A stretch of DNA of 64,000 nt, from positions 1 to 64,000 of IMG/VR virus record IMGVR_UViG_3300006108_000010, one strand, 5' to 3'. A program made the translations under genes and the position numbers. Numbering within the stretch: the first letter of the stretch is position 1; every line of letters starts with the position of its first letter. This DNA is from an uncultured virus (IMG/VR IMGVR_UViG_3300006108_000010). Its lineage: Duplodnaviria; Heunggongvirae; Uroviricota; Caudoviricetes. Of this stretch, positions 19,170 through 28,992 are shown one piece after another. The notes below the pieces were generated by a model. That model made no database searches. It saw only the letters and a program-made list of their open reading frames with translations, and was not told where the DNA came from.

Positions 19170-21341
19170 TTAAAATTGTTCTTGCCAATTAAGAGTAGCA
19201 GCACAAACTAAAGGTTTGTATGGAGGGTTTAAACTATAATTGTTTTGTTGGACGAGTAACACAACAGAATCTGGTTGTGTATAATCTACGTTTGCTCCAA
19301 TATTTAAAAAGTTAAGAGCAGTTTGAATATCTTGTACGGTGGTTGCAGAACCCCAACCACCTAATATTTGATATCCACCACTGAGATAAACAACTCCTGT
19401 ATTGTAGTCCCAAACTCTTGATGCTTTGCCCATATTAATTGATCCTGATATGGATTGTTTAGCAGAAGTATTTTGTCCAGATAAAACAGGATTATACATT
19501 AATCGCCAAGAATAATTTGCAGGTGTCGAATTACCACTACCAGCATTAACATTCTGCCATCCTAAATCAGTAATTGATAATCCTTGAAGTTGAATATCAA
19601 CCTTATTATAAGGCTCTCCCTGTCTTAATCCAAGACCAATAATAGCATATTCTGCCGTTGATGTGGTGGAGGGCCATACAACTTGACTTACTGTATTATA
19701 ATTTGCAAAAAAGGGATTCATTGTCACCTCTGCTTCCGTATCTATTGCTTTCGATGAAGCCAATACATAAGGAAGATAAGACAATGTTGCTTGATTAAAT
19801 ATTTCGGTTCTTACTGGTAAAGCTGTTTCCGAAACAAATTGTTGACCATAACGACCAGCAACACCATAGGTATGAATTATAAATGATCCAGTTGGACCCA
19901 CAAGAACAAATCTAACTCTTGAAGTTCTACCACCAAAATAATCAAACCACCATGTCCACTCCTCGTGGAAAGGAGTTTGTGTTAAGGTAATTGTATTACC
20001 AGAAACAAAAGACCCTGGATTAAATGGATATGTTAATGTAATTGTACTTGGTGTAATACTAGAAACCCATGCCACGCCATCATAACCAGAAGGATTAATT
20101 CCAGAAACGGTAACAGTAGATGATTGATTAAATACGCCTATTAAACTTGATGATGTGCTATATGTTACATCATAAGCCGATAAAGTTTGATTTGGAAACG
20201 CAACAGTAGAAATTGAACTATATGTTAATCCTGTAGCACTTACGGATGTAAAGAAATTAAGTCCAGAAGAACCAGTTCCATCTAATTTATCACCATTAAA
20301 ATTAGCACTATTTGTTCTATCCTCAACGATAGTTCCATCCATTTCTCTTCTACGAACAACAACATTAAATGAATTATTGGCAGATAGCTCAAAGAATATA
20401 CCAGAGGCATAATTAAACTGTCCAAATCTTTTTACGGTATAGGGATCAGATCCACAAAAGTTTAGGGTTCCGTATACTTGAGTACCAATGCCAGGTGTGA
20501 ATTTAAAATGTCTTTTGGATTGTCTGATTACATAACCAGTAGAACTCAAACCACTAGTTAATAATGTACTACCTAAATCTTGTATAAAAATACTTTGAGC
20601 ACTGAGACCAGTAAATTGTTCTGTAAGTCTAAAATCACCATCTTTATCAACTGTTGACTGATGCCACCAAGAAGCAGCAGGTTGAGCAACACGAAGTTTA
20701 CCCGCTGGATCTAATTGAAGATTACTAGAATATTGGAAATATAAAGGAGAGTTTACATTGTTATTAGCAATCGAAACCGAAGTTACTGAGTTTAAAATAG
20801 TAGCACTTAAGGAACCTGTTACCGGAATTGGATTACCTGCATCATTTGTAATTTCAATTTGAGGATTGGTAATATAAGCACTTAACGAGTTTACAGGGTT
20901 TAAAACAGTAACAGAACCACTTACAGGTAGAGTAACATTACATTGAGCAATATCAATAGCCGAATTAGCATTTACTTGATAAACATTTAAACCGCCTCTA
21001 GTTGTACCAACTAAATTTCCACTTGAATCACCAATTGCAACACTATCTACATTCGAACCAAAATTTTGAGTTAATACACGAAGGGCATTTGCTCCTACAC
21101 CAACATTAACAACATCTGCCACTGCCCCACTTATCGGATCAAATATACCGACATTACCAATAGATAAACCAGTAGAACTTAAAGAAATTTTTAATGCATC
21201 TAAATTAGTAATATAAGATGCTTGGGCAAAAAGAGGAAAGGGCGCACCATCTTGTTGAATCCATGAATTGCTATAAGCGACATTAGGATTCTGCTGGTTT
21301 GCAGTGAAATTACTTACCAATGTAAGGTTAATATTGTTCAT
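19170..21341 (-). CDS. Putative virion structural protein, paralog of 8743..10527
   Basis: Shares NPNVA(W/Y)SNSW, PL(Y/F)AQA, RQS..H.+.PG, R.G.F...G.FFE, LPVR.E blocks; TAAGTA upstream. Confidence 0.65.
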   Translation of the reverse strand: MNNINLTLVSNFTANQQNPNVAYSNSWIQQDGAPFPLFAQASYITNLDALKISLSSTGLSIGNVGIFDPISGAVADVVNVGVGANALRVLTQNFGSNVDSVAIGDSSGNLVGTTRGGLNVYQVNANSAIDIAQCNVTLPVSGSVTVLNPVNSLSAYITNPQIEITNDAGNPIPVTGSLSATILNSVTSVSIANNNVNSPLYFQYSSNLQLDPAGKLRVAQPAASWWHQSTVDKDGDFRLTEQFTGLSAQSIFIQDLGSTLLTSGLSSTGYVIRQSKRHFKFTPGIGTQVYGTLNFCGSDPYTVKRFGQFNYASGIFFELSANNSFNVVVRRREMDGTIVEDRTNSANFNGDKLDGTGSSGLNFFTSVSATGLTYSSISTVAFPNQTLSAYDVTYSTSSSLIGVFNQSSTVTVSGINPSGYDGVAWVSSITPSTITLTYPFNPGSFVSGNTITLTQTPFHEEWTWWFDYFGGRTSRVRFVLVGPTGSFIIHTYGVAGRYGQQFVSETALPVRTEIFNQATLSYLPYVLASSKAIDTEAEVTMNPFFANYNTVSQVVWPSTTSTAEYAIIGLGLRQGEPYNKVDIQLQGLSITDLGWQNVNAGSGNSTPANYSWRLMYNPVLSGQNTSAKQSISGSINMGKASRVWDYNTGVVYLSGGYQILGGWGSATTVQDIQTALNFLNIGANVDYTQPDSVVLLVQQNNYSLNPPYKPLVCAATLNWQEQF

Positions 21342-21360
21342 TAACCAATACTTACACTAG

Positions 21361-21555
21361 CTATTCCTTAATTCCAACTACTAGTTCTTTCCAACTTTCA
21401 AACTTTTCGGTGGGTTCTGGGATCTCCCAACCAAAAAACCAAAACTTACCCTTGCGGTATTGGGCAATTTCAACTGTTGGATTTCCCTCTGCATCCTTAT
21501 CTTTACTTGTTACCAAATAAAGAAATTCTTCTTTTAGTTCTGTGTTTTCGCTCAT
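21361..21555 (-). CDS. Hypothetical protein
   Basis: 64-aa ORF. Confidence 0.5.
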   Translation of the reverse strand: MSENTELKEEFLYLVTSKDKDAEGNPTVEIAQYRKGKFWFFGWEIPEPTEKFESWKELVVGIKE

Positions 21556-21591
21556 ATTAAAAACTTATCAAAAAAAAAATTTTATCAAGGC

Positions 21592-22077
21592 TTATAACTC
21601 ACCATTTAAAACTTTTCCATTTAATCTTATTCTCGTAAACAAACTTGCAACTGGATGATCTTTATAATCAACTAGTAATCCATTTATACCCATCTGTCGA
21701 GCAAGTAGAATATTTCCAATTTCATCATCGATAACATATTCAACTTTTAAATCATCATACCATGCATTTTTTGCAGCAAAATTGGTACAAAAAATATCTG
21801 ATTTAGGAATATCTATACCATAATGATGTAAAATTCTTTCGTTGTTATCTATTCCCTCTTCGTCAACACCTGTAATATTTTCAGCGGAAATTATATAAGT
21901 TTTAATTCCTAATTTTAAACATCGTTTCAGAATTTCAAGTACAGGTCTATTGGCATGAACGGCTTTTGAATTTTCAACTCTATAAGGTTTATGATGTTCA
22001 TGTCTTTCCACGAGTGTTCCATGAAAATCAAAAGCAACAATTCTTTTGCTAAAAATACCTGTATTTTCGATGGTCAC
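21592..22077 (-). CDS. HAD-like protein
   Basis: FDFHGTL, ISA, IDD motifs. Confidence 0.65.
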   Translation of the reverse strand: MTIENTGIFSKRIVAFDFHGTLVERHEHHKPYRVENSKAVHANRPVLEILKRCLKLGIKTYIISAENITGVDEEGIDNNERILHHYGIDIPKSDIFCTNFAAKNAWYDDLKVEYVIDDEIGNILLARQMGINGLLVDYKDHPVASLFTRIRLNGKVLNGEL

Positions 22078-22078
22078 A

Positions 22079-22285
22079 TTACAATTCCTTCAGTATACTT
22101 AGCTCAAGTACACCAAAATTGCTATGTCCTAAATTAGCTACTTTTGCAGTATATTTTTTCCCTTCGTATGAAAATTTTATTACATCTCCGTTTTCTAATG
22201 GAATATCATTATCGGTATTCCATTCCGATATATCCAAATAAAATTTGGAACCATCCTTATTTATATACTTTTCAATTCCTAGCAT
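22079..22285 (-). CDS. Hypothetical protein
   Basis: 68-aa ORF. Confidence 0.5.
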   Translation of the reverse strand: MLGIEKYINKDGSKFYLDISEWNTDNDIPLENGDVIKFSYEGKKYTAKVANLGHSNFGVLELSILKEL

Positions 22286-22600
22286 TTTATTATTGAATTG
22301 AAAGCTTTGTACAATATGTCAATCCAGCAAATGCCAATAGTAAAATGGCTAAAGCGATGTATTTGGATTTGATCATTACTCAAATATTTACACTAACAAA
22401 AAAACAGTTTAACGAACATTTTTAATTTCTGCCTCAAGCTCCTCTTCGGTTTTCATCCGATAAGTTTCATCGACAGGGTTATATACTACAAATCCCTCTT
22501 TTACTAGATATTGCAATTCCTTGATAAGATCAGCTTCTGTAATATTTTGGGTTTCTTTTTTATTTTTTGCCATAAGTATATATGGTACACCAACCACTAT

Positions 22601-23314
22601 ATGGTGTCAACAATTATGGAAGGATTAAACGAAAAAATTTGGCAAAAGGATGGAACTGTTGTTCCCTCAGTGAGAGAAAAGCTTTTACAAATCTCAAAAA
22701 GATTTTTAGAGGACTTCATCACGCCAGTAACAGTTAAAAACATATATCTAGTAGGATCTCTAGCGTCTTATAAATGGACACCGACAAGTGATATAGATGT
22801 CCATTTAACAGTAGACATTAACGAACCTCATGCCGATAAAAGCACCGATGATTATTTTGATTTGAAGAAAGATTATTTCAATAAGAATCATAATATTTTT
22901 ATTAAAGGTTACAAGGTTGAAATCAATATTAATGAAGAGGGTGCGGAGCAACAGCAATTCTGGAAAGATAAACCTGTTTACGATCTATATAATCAAAAAT
23001 GGATAAAAAAGCCAAATCCAAATACAAGAAATTTAAACGACCCATTAGTATTGCAACTTTCGGATTATTTTGAAAAAAAGATAGATTGGCTTATTAGATA
23101 CCAAGCACCATATTACGATTTTAAAAAGTTGAAAAATACCATCAAGGCATTACGAAAAGAAGGCTTAAAACACGATGGAGAATATTCTGTTGGCAATTTG
23201 GTTTTTAAAAAATTAAGAAATTCAGGGGCAAACGAAAAACTTTTTGATTTTAATAATGATATGGAAGACAAAGAATTGTCTTTGGAGAAGTTTAAAAACT
23301 TCTTTACGAAATAA
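22601..23314 (+). CDS. Pol-beta-superfamily nucleotidyltransferase
   Basis: LVGSLASYKWTPTSDIDVH (GS...DxD) plus VEI third carboxylate; GEYSVGNLVFKKLRN tail; start approximate. Confidence 0.8.
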   Translation: MVSTIMEGLNEKIWQKDGTVVPSVREKLLQISKRFLEDFITPVTVKNIYLVGSLASYKWTPTSDIDVHLTVDINEPHADKSTDDYFDLKKDYFNKNHNIFIKGYKVEININEEGAEQQQFWKDKPVYDLYNQKWIKKPNPNTRNLNDPLVLQLSDYFEKKIDWLIRYQAPYYDFKKLKNTIKALRKEGLKHDGEYSVGNLVFKKLRNSGANEKLFDFNNDMEDKELSLEKFKNFFTK

Positions 23315-23469
23315 GAAGATATATTTCGTAAATAAAAAGCATTACAAAAAATGCTACGCTAACCCAGCTGTTCCATATTTTTTTAAATAAATCCATGTGT
23401 TCAATGAAACCTTAAAATTTCTAAAAGGTCGCCGTAGATTCTCTTTACGTTCTATTCATGGATTTAAAA

Positions 23470-23564
23470 TGGAAGTGGGTATGGGAATCGAACCCATGCT
23501 AATCCCTCATCTAGGGAAGTTATAGGTATAAACTATATCGTGCTTCCAATTACACTAACCCACC
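23470..23564 (-). tRNA. tRNA with UAU anticodon and long variable arm (Ile or Ser identity uncertain)
   Basis: GGTGGGT/ACCCACT-T-CCA; TATAG-TT TAT AC-CTATA; V-arm TCCCT/AGGGA; canonical T-loop. Confidence 0.8.
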
Positions 23565-23570
23565 AAAATT

Positions 23571-23759
23571 TTAAATATCGTTATCCTGCGGTTGACCATC
23601 CGAATTGATCAACTCATCAATTTCGGTTTGAATCCTCTTAATCTCATCATTGTAAGATTTAGAGATACTCTTCTTCTTGTCCTTCATCTCATCCAATTCC
23701 TTGCAGAGTTGGAATACTTTGGCTTGTTTTAGTGCGGTTGTTGTTGTTTCGGTTGTCAT
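23571..23759 (-). CDS. Small coiled-coil protein
   Basis: 62-aa ORF between tRNAs. Confidence 0.55.
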   Translation of the reverse strand: MTTETTTTALKQAKVFQLCKELDEMKDKKKSISKSYNDEIKRIQTEIDELINSDGQPQDNDI

Positions 23760-23771
23760 AAATTTTAAAGT

Positions 23772-23847
23772 TGGTAGCTGCGGTGAGATTCGAACTCACA
23801 CTTGAGCGATTTTAAGTCGCTTGTCTCTGCCGTTGGACTACGCAGCC
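23772..23847 (-). tRNA. tRNA-Leu(UAA), short variable loop
   Basis: AGCGA-CT TAA AA-TCGCT, A-CCA. Confidence 0.88.
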
Positions 23848-24017
23848 ATATTTGATTATGTATTAATAATACATCAAATTTTCAAATAGGTCAATACTTT
23901 TTCGTAATTTTTCCTTTTGTTTTTACAAACCCTTCGATTTTACCAGAAGGCTTTGGGAAGTTTTGTACAAACTTCTTCATATCCGTTGGACGAGGTTTAG
24001 ATCCTTTGCCAGCCATA

Positions 24018-24554
24018 TTATTTGTTTTTGATGAAACGACCCTTCTTATCTCTCTTTGCTGGCTTCTTCTTAAGAGGCTTAAGACCAACAGAAGACTTTA
24101 CATTCTTCTTATAAAACTCAGCAGCCTTCTTAAGGTTCTTTGTAGCCTTTGCCTTGGTAGCCTTCTTGATATTCTTTGCAGACTTTACAAGGATTTGATT
24201 GGCTTCATCTTCGGTGACCTTAAAGGTTGGATTGTTTGAATTAAAGATCTGTGCAAAATGAAGACCTTCATTTGCAAGAAACTCAAGTCTCTTCAAAACA
24301 TAATTGCCATTGAAACAGTGATCAGTTGTGGCAAGCTTATGAATTTCCAAAAATATATTTGTCAAATCATTCTCTGAGCCATTATAATAATCGGCTTGAA
24401 CGTAATCGTTAAGATTACCATGACTATGAAGCCAAGAATAAAAACAATTTACGCTGTTAATCTTATTAACAGGAATAACCCTGTTAATGCCATCAATTAC
24501 CACGCAAAGAACCTTTGCAACTTTTGAATCATTGTTTACGTTAGTCTCATTCAT
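24018..24554 (-). CDS. Hypothetical protein with basic C-terminus (RDKKGRF)
   Basis: 178-aa ORF. Confidence 0.6.
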   Translation of the reverse strand: MNETNVNNDSKVAKVLCVVIDGINRVIPVNKINSVNCFYSWLHSHGNLNDYVQADYYNGSENDLTNIFLEIHKLATTDHCFNGNYVLKRLEFLANEGLHFAQIFNSNNPTFKVTEDEANQILVKSAKNIKKATKAKATKNLKKAAEFYKKNVKSSVGLKPLKKKPAKRDKKGRFIKNK

Positions 24555-24594
24555 ATAGAAACTATCTTAAAGCAATTTTATAGAAATGCAAGAA

Positions 24595-25212
24595 CTATTT
24601 TAAATAATCTAGCGTAGAACCTCTACGAGGCTTGTGTGATTCTTGGATAAGTCCTTGATCTGGATTATATTTTGCACTGCCTCTTCCACCCAAATATCTT
24701 AAAGTTGAATTTGCAGATTCTTGATGCACAGGATTATCAGAAATAGCATTGGCAACTTTCTTTGATTGACGATGACCATGACGCTCAACTGCACCATCTA
24801 GACTCTTTTTCAAATCATTAAGAAATGCTTCCAAATTATCTTTGGTAGGATTGCTAATATAAGCCTGTGCAATTTCCTTTGATGTTCTTGATTCGATATC
24901 GTGTACGATTTCTTCCTTTGGTTCGTGTTTTAAAAGGGATTTAATTTTTGTTAAAAGGTGTTGAACTCCACCCTTGGATGCCATATCAAATCCTTTTTGA
25001 ATTGCAGCTACGGTGGCGGCTCCAAGCATGCCTGGTATATAGAACGATGCCAATGTTACCAACCCTTGTATCTGTGGTGACATATGACCTGTACTTCTAA
25101 TTGCAGAAACAATTTCATTTGCAATGTGAGAAAAATCTTCGTTAATAACGTTTCTTTTAACGCTACTATAAGCTTCTTCTAGGCTAACTTGATCTTTTGA
25201 ATTTGAGAACAT
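24595..25212 (-). CDS. Hypothetical protein with shared N-terminal motif
   Basis: MFSNSKDQVSLEEAYSSVKRNVINE; start re-placed at 25212. Confidence 0.65.
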   Translation of the reverse strand: MFSNSKDQVSLEEAYSSVKRNVINEDFSHIANEIVSAIRSTGHMSPQIQGLVTLASFYIPGMLGAATVAAIQKGFDMASKGGVQHLLTKIKSLLKHEPKEEIVHDIESRTSKEIAQAYISNPTKDNLEAFLNDLKKSLDGAVERHGHRQSKKVANAISDNPVHQESANSTLRYLGGRGSAKYNPDQGLIQESHKPRRGSTLDYLK

Positions 25213-25213
25213 A

Positions 25214-26185
25214 TTACTTGGATTTTTTAACTGGTTTGGAGGTAATCTTCTTACCGTATTTTTCTGCACCCTTTTTTATACCCTTTACGATTCTTTCCTT
25301 TTTCTCTTTGCCGTAATGATGACCTGTTTTCTTTTCAAGTGCTTTTTCAACAGCCCAAGGGTTTATATTCTTTTTTCCGGAAACGGCTTTCTTCTTCGCT
25401 TCCTTGATGATGTCAAGAGCAGCGGATAAAAGATCGAAATCTTCTTCCTCAACTGAAATTTCTTCTTTACCTTCTAGCTTTTCATTATCACCATGTTCGC
25501 CTTCCTCCGATTTTTTATATTTGGAAGACTCCTCTTCTTCCTTATCCTTAACGTCTTCAACCTTTTCCTTTTCGGTTTTTTCAACGTGATCTTCCTCTTC
25601 GTCTGCCTCTACAACAGGAAGCTTGTATGAACCTGTTTTCTGTGTACCAGAATGAGGATCATTATCAACACGATTGAATGGGTGTTTATGATCTGTGTTT
25701 CTTGGATCAATGTCCTGAGATTCACTTAAAAGCTTTGCATAAACATCTTCCAATGAAGTTGATTCTTTGTAATTGTTATATGCTACGTCACCATGAAGAG
25801 CACCATGCTCGTGCTTTCTTTCTGCATAACCTTCTGCTCCTCTTTGCATTCTCTGAGCAGCGATATCCTTTTCGACTTCTCTATTTGTTAATCCACGAAG
25901 CTTTTCTTCTGGTCTTGATGGTTTGAACTTAAGTAAGAAATCATCAGCGTTCTCTTCGTCATTTATAAATCCTTCTGAATCAACGTGTGCACTAACACCC
26001 ATCTTTCTAAGCTCCATAACTTTCTGACCACTCTGGGTTTTATAGCCAACGATTTTAAATCCGTGCTCTTCTAATTTATGGATTGTGGCTTGCTGATCGT
26101 GAGGCAAACTACTTGTATCATATGCCTCGTTAACTAAAACTTTATTATAAGCTTCTTCTAAAATGAGATAGTCTTTCTTGTTCAT
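25214..26185 (-). CDS. Acidic/basic putative internal head protein
   Basis: MNKKDYLILEEAYNKVLVNE plus an internal copy SLEDVYAKLLSE; TAAGTA upstream. Confidence 0.65.
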   Translation of the reverse strand: MNKKDYLILEEAYNKVLVNEAYDTSSLPHDQQATIHKLEEHGFKIVGYKTQSGQKVMELRKMGVSAHVDSEGFINDEENADDFLLKFKPSRPEEKLRGLTNREVEKDIAAQRMQRGAEGYAERKHEHGALHGDVAYNNYKESTSLEDVYAKLLSESQDIDPRNTDHKHPFNRVDNDPHSGTQKTGSYKLPVVEADEEEDHVEKTEKEKVEDVKDKEEEESSKYKKSEEGEHGDNEKLEGKEEISVEEEDFDLLSAALDIIKEAKKKAVSGKKNINPWAVEKALEKKTGHHYGKEKKERIVKGIKKGAEKYGKKITSKPVKKSK

Positions 26186-26201
26186 TAATATTACTTACAC
26201 T

Positions 26202-26471
26202 TTAGGAATCCAAAATCTCACGTAAATCTCTAAAAAGTCTATATGCTGCTCCTATACTTAAATGTAAAAGGATACCCTCAAAAGAAATTTTTAGAATCGT
26301 AGATTCGTTTACCTCTCCGGTTTCATCGAAAATTTCTTCTACCTTTACTTCTTTGACTACAAAGGATTGTTTCTTCTTTGCCTTTTGAGCAAATTCCTTT
26401 GTTTTCATTCTTTTGTTGAAATCCTTTGACATAGTGGTTATGTCAATACTTATCGATTCTAAATCACCCAT
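26202..26471 (-). CDS. Hypothetical protein
   Basis: 89-aa ORF. Confidence 0.5.
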   Translation of the reverse strand: MGDLESISIDITTMSKDFNKRMKTKEFAQKAKKKQSFVVKEVKVEEIFDETGEVNESTILKISFEGILLHLSIGAAYRLFRDLREILDS

Positions 26472-26513
26472 TCATGCCGATGAAATGGGAAATGCTGAAG
26501 GATAAATAACGAT

Positions 26514-27647
26514 TTAGTGGATGATTAAATACGTACCACGAACGTCTCTGCGTGAGGCGGAGAGGTCGGATTCGCCAGGCAATACGATCACGTTATACTG
26601 CCCGTTCTGACCTTCAGGGGTATGTTTCAATTCATCAATTGTTAAAACACTCTTTGGATCAATCTTATATCTCTGTGCAATGAGTTGCTTTACTGCATCT
26701 GGATTGGTATAAACCCACTTCTTGTTTTTTAATTCAATGTATTTGAATTTTGAAATCGGATAAAGGGAAGGCTCCTTTGTTGGGTCTTTAATATTAACGA
26801 TATAGGAAACCTTATCTTTCTGAGGATCAATTAATTTCTCCTGTTCTTTTCTTGCCCCGTAAGAGAAGTTAAAGATTACGTTATGTGGAGGATTTGGAAT
26901 TGATTTAATTAATGCAACTTCCTTGGTGTAGATATAGTGATCTGCATCAGGCGTTGCATTTACAATTTTCATTACAATATCAAAGAACTTAGGGGAGAGT
27001 AAGTCACCGGAATCATTCCAGCGAACCTGAACTTTCTTGCCTCTGTTTTTAATAGCAGCTAATTTAATTTCTGCTACCATTTGGTTTTCATAACCCTCTG
27101 CATCATTGAAGAGATAGTTAAGGGTTTTATTCTGGAACATGGAAACCTCTGGATACATGACATATGATCCGTGTTTTGCGTAACATACTAATTGACAAGC
27201 ACCAGCGGATGGACAGGTTGTAATGATTTTAAATTCTCCTGTGCTTTCGTCAACAACCATACCCTTTAAGGCAGGAAGAGTTGTGTTAAAGAAAACTGTG
27301 GTGTCTGTACCACTCTTTTGCATCTTCTCGTTTTGGCGTAAAAGCTCCTTTGGACGGGTCATTAAGATTTTCTTAAATTCATCAAGATCAACTTTTTCGC
27401 CATCTGGAGTTTGGATCATTACCTTCTTTGCAATGGCGGAATGGATATGAGGCATGTGGAAATAATCCTTATCCTTACCTTTCTTTTCGCTTGCCTTGAG
27501 TTTTGATTTTTCGTTAACCCTGTTAATATAGGCAACTAGTTCTTCTGGGGCAATTGCGTCTGCCTTTGCTCCCAATGTGTCGAATGCTTCCAAAATAGAA
27601 ACTTCTTCGTACAAACTCTCAAGTATTAATGCGTCTTTATCTCTCAT
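26514..27647 (-). CDS. GP88-like (radical-SAM-like Fe-S) protein
   Basis: N.KM, LPA, CPSAGACQLVCYA, RWNDSGD, YIYTK motifs. Confidence 0.75.
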   Translation of the reverse strand: MRDKDALILESLYEEVSILEAFDTLGAKADAIAPEELVAYINRVNEKSKLKASEKKGKDKDYFHMPHIHSAIAKKVMIQTPDGEKVDLDEFKKILMTRPKELLRQNEKMQKSGTDTTVFFNTTLPALKGMVVDESTGEFKIITTCPSAGACQLVCYAKHGSYVMYPEVSMFQNKTLNYLFNDAEGYENQMVAEIKLAAIKNRGKKVQVRWNDSGDLLSPKFFDIVMKIVNATPDADHYIYTKEVALIKSIPNPPHNVIFNFSYGARKEQEKLIDPQKDKVSYIVNIKDPTKEPSLYPISKFKYIELKNKKWVYTNPDAVKQLIAQRYKIDPKSVLTIDELKHTPEGQNGQYNVIVLPGESDLSASRRDVRGTYLIIH

Positions 27648-27680
27648 GATATTATATTTACCCTTAAAAAAATTTTTTTG

Positions 27681-28130
27681 CTAAATTTGCGCCGTAAGCT
27701 TTCCATCGATAATGGATACAAGCTTTGCATTATAAATGGGTTGCTCATTTGCTCGGTTTACAAATGAGTTATATTTGTAGGGATTATAGGTAATACTAAT
27801 TGGTAAAACACGAGGTTCTTCGTTGGATAAAAACCCAATAACCCCTGCATGAACATTTTTTCTTTTCTGTTCACGAACCTTTTCCATTCCCCCTTGACGA
27901 ACCTTTAAAATGCAATCCTTAAGCAAGAGATTTCTTTCATGACCAATAACCTTATTTGTTGCCACATCCATAATGGAGAATATAGGATAGCCAAGTTTAT
28001 CTGACAAGTTTAGGTTCTTATACACCCAAACTTTTCCAGAAAACCCAATATGACCAGTTCTTGCTTCTAATCCCTCCTCGCAAATAAGACTATAGGCTTC
28101 TTGAAGTAAAAGTGTATCACGATCTCGCAT
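27681..28130 (-). CDS. Conserved phage hypothetical protein (VYKNL...KRKNVHA...YNPYK)
   Basis: Motifs; start re-placed at MRDRDTLLLQEAY. Confidence 0.65.
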   Translation of the reverse strand: MRDRDTLLLQEAYSLICEEGLEARTGHIGFSGKVWVYKNLNLSDKLGYPIFSIMDVATNKVIGHERNLLLKDCILKVRQGGMEKVREQKRKNVHAGVIGFLSNEEPRVLPISITYNPYKYNSFVNRANEQPIYNAKLVSIIDGKLTAQI

Positions 28131-28182
28131 TTGATAATAATTACCCTTAAAAAATTTTTTTGAGACTAAATATAAAAAGAAT

Positions 28183-28411
28183 ATGAAAGCACCCAAAAGA
28201 CTCGTAACTTTAAAAGAACTCTATGCTACAAAGGTTTTGAAAGAAGAAAGAGATCTTAGCGTAGACGAAAGTTCTGGTCTTTATACTGCTATTAATGTTG
28301 CTTTGCAAAAAAAACAACATACAACTTCATATAGAAGAAACAGATAATGGTCTCATTGTCAGAGATTATTTCGGTAGAGATTATAAAATCACGGTAAATC
28401 CCATAAGTTAA
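28183..28411 (+). pseudogene. Hypothetical late protein frameshifted at A8 run
   Basis: MKAPKRLVTLKELY... continues to ...RDYKITVNPIS* only if 28307-28314 were A7. Confidence 0.45.
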
Positions 28412-28449
28412 TTGACTTTACTTTTTCTTTCCCTATAATAATAGGGATC

Positions 28450-28992
28450 ATGACAAAGAGAAAGTCAATGAAAACAACCAAAGATAAGATTATCGCCTAT
28501 TGGACGAATCTTATCTATGAAGGAGAATTGAATTTCGATTGGTCAGAAGCCGACATCATGTGTTGGAACTGTGGTTGTGAAAGAGATACGGAAAGATGTC
28601 ATATCATTCCTCATGCCCTAGGAGGAAAAGACTCACCAGAGAATTACGTCCTCTTGTGTAATGAATGTCATGAAATGGCTCCCAATTGCAATTCATCCTC
28701 CTTTATGTGGGATTGGATAAAATCAAATAGAACATCAATGGGATTCTATGAAACCTACTGGTGGGAAAAAGCAATGCAAGAGTATAAAAGCGTTTACAAA
28801 ATAGATTACCTAGAGGAATTAAGAAATTTAAACCTAAAAGATCCCTTTATTCTTATACAGGAAAACCAAGAATGGTCTGAAAAGAACAAAGACTATTACA
28901 CCATTCACTTTGGTAAAAATGTAAACCAAAGCACAAGAATAGGAGTCTTAAGAGGATTTGTAGAATACGTAAAAGAAAAATATGGAAAATAA
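28450..28992 (+). CDS. HNH endonuclease-domain protein
   Basis: CWNCG, ERCHIIPHALGG, NYVLLCNECH. Confidence 0.85.
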   Translation: MTKRKSMKTTKDKIIAYWTNLIYEGELNFDWSEADIMCWNCGCERDTERCHIIPHALGGKDSPENYVLLCNECHEMAPNCNSSSFMWDWIKSNRTSMGFYETYWWEKAMQEYKSVYKIDYLEELRNLNLKDPFILIQENQEWSEKNKDYYTIHFGKNVNQSTRIGVLRGFVEYVKEKYGK

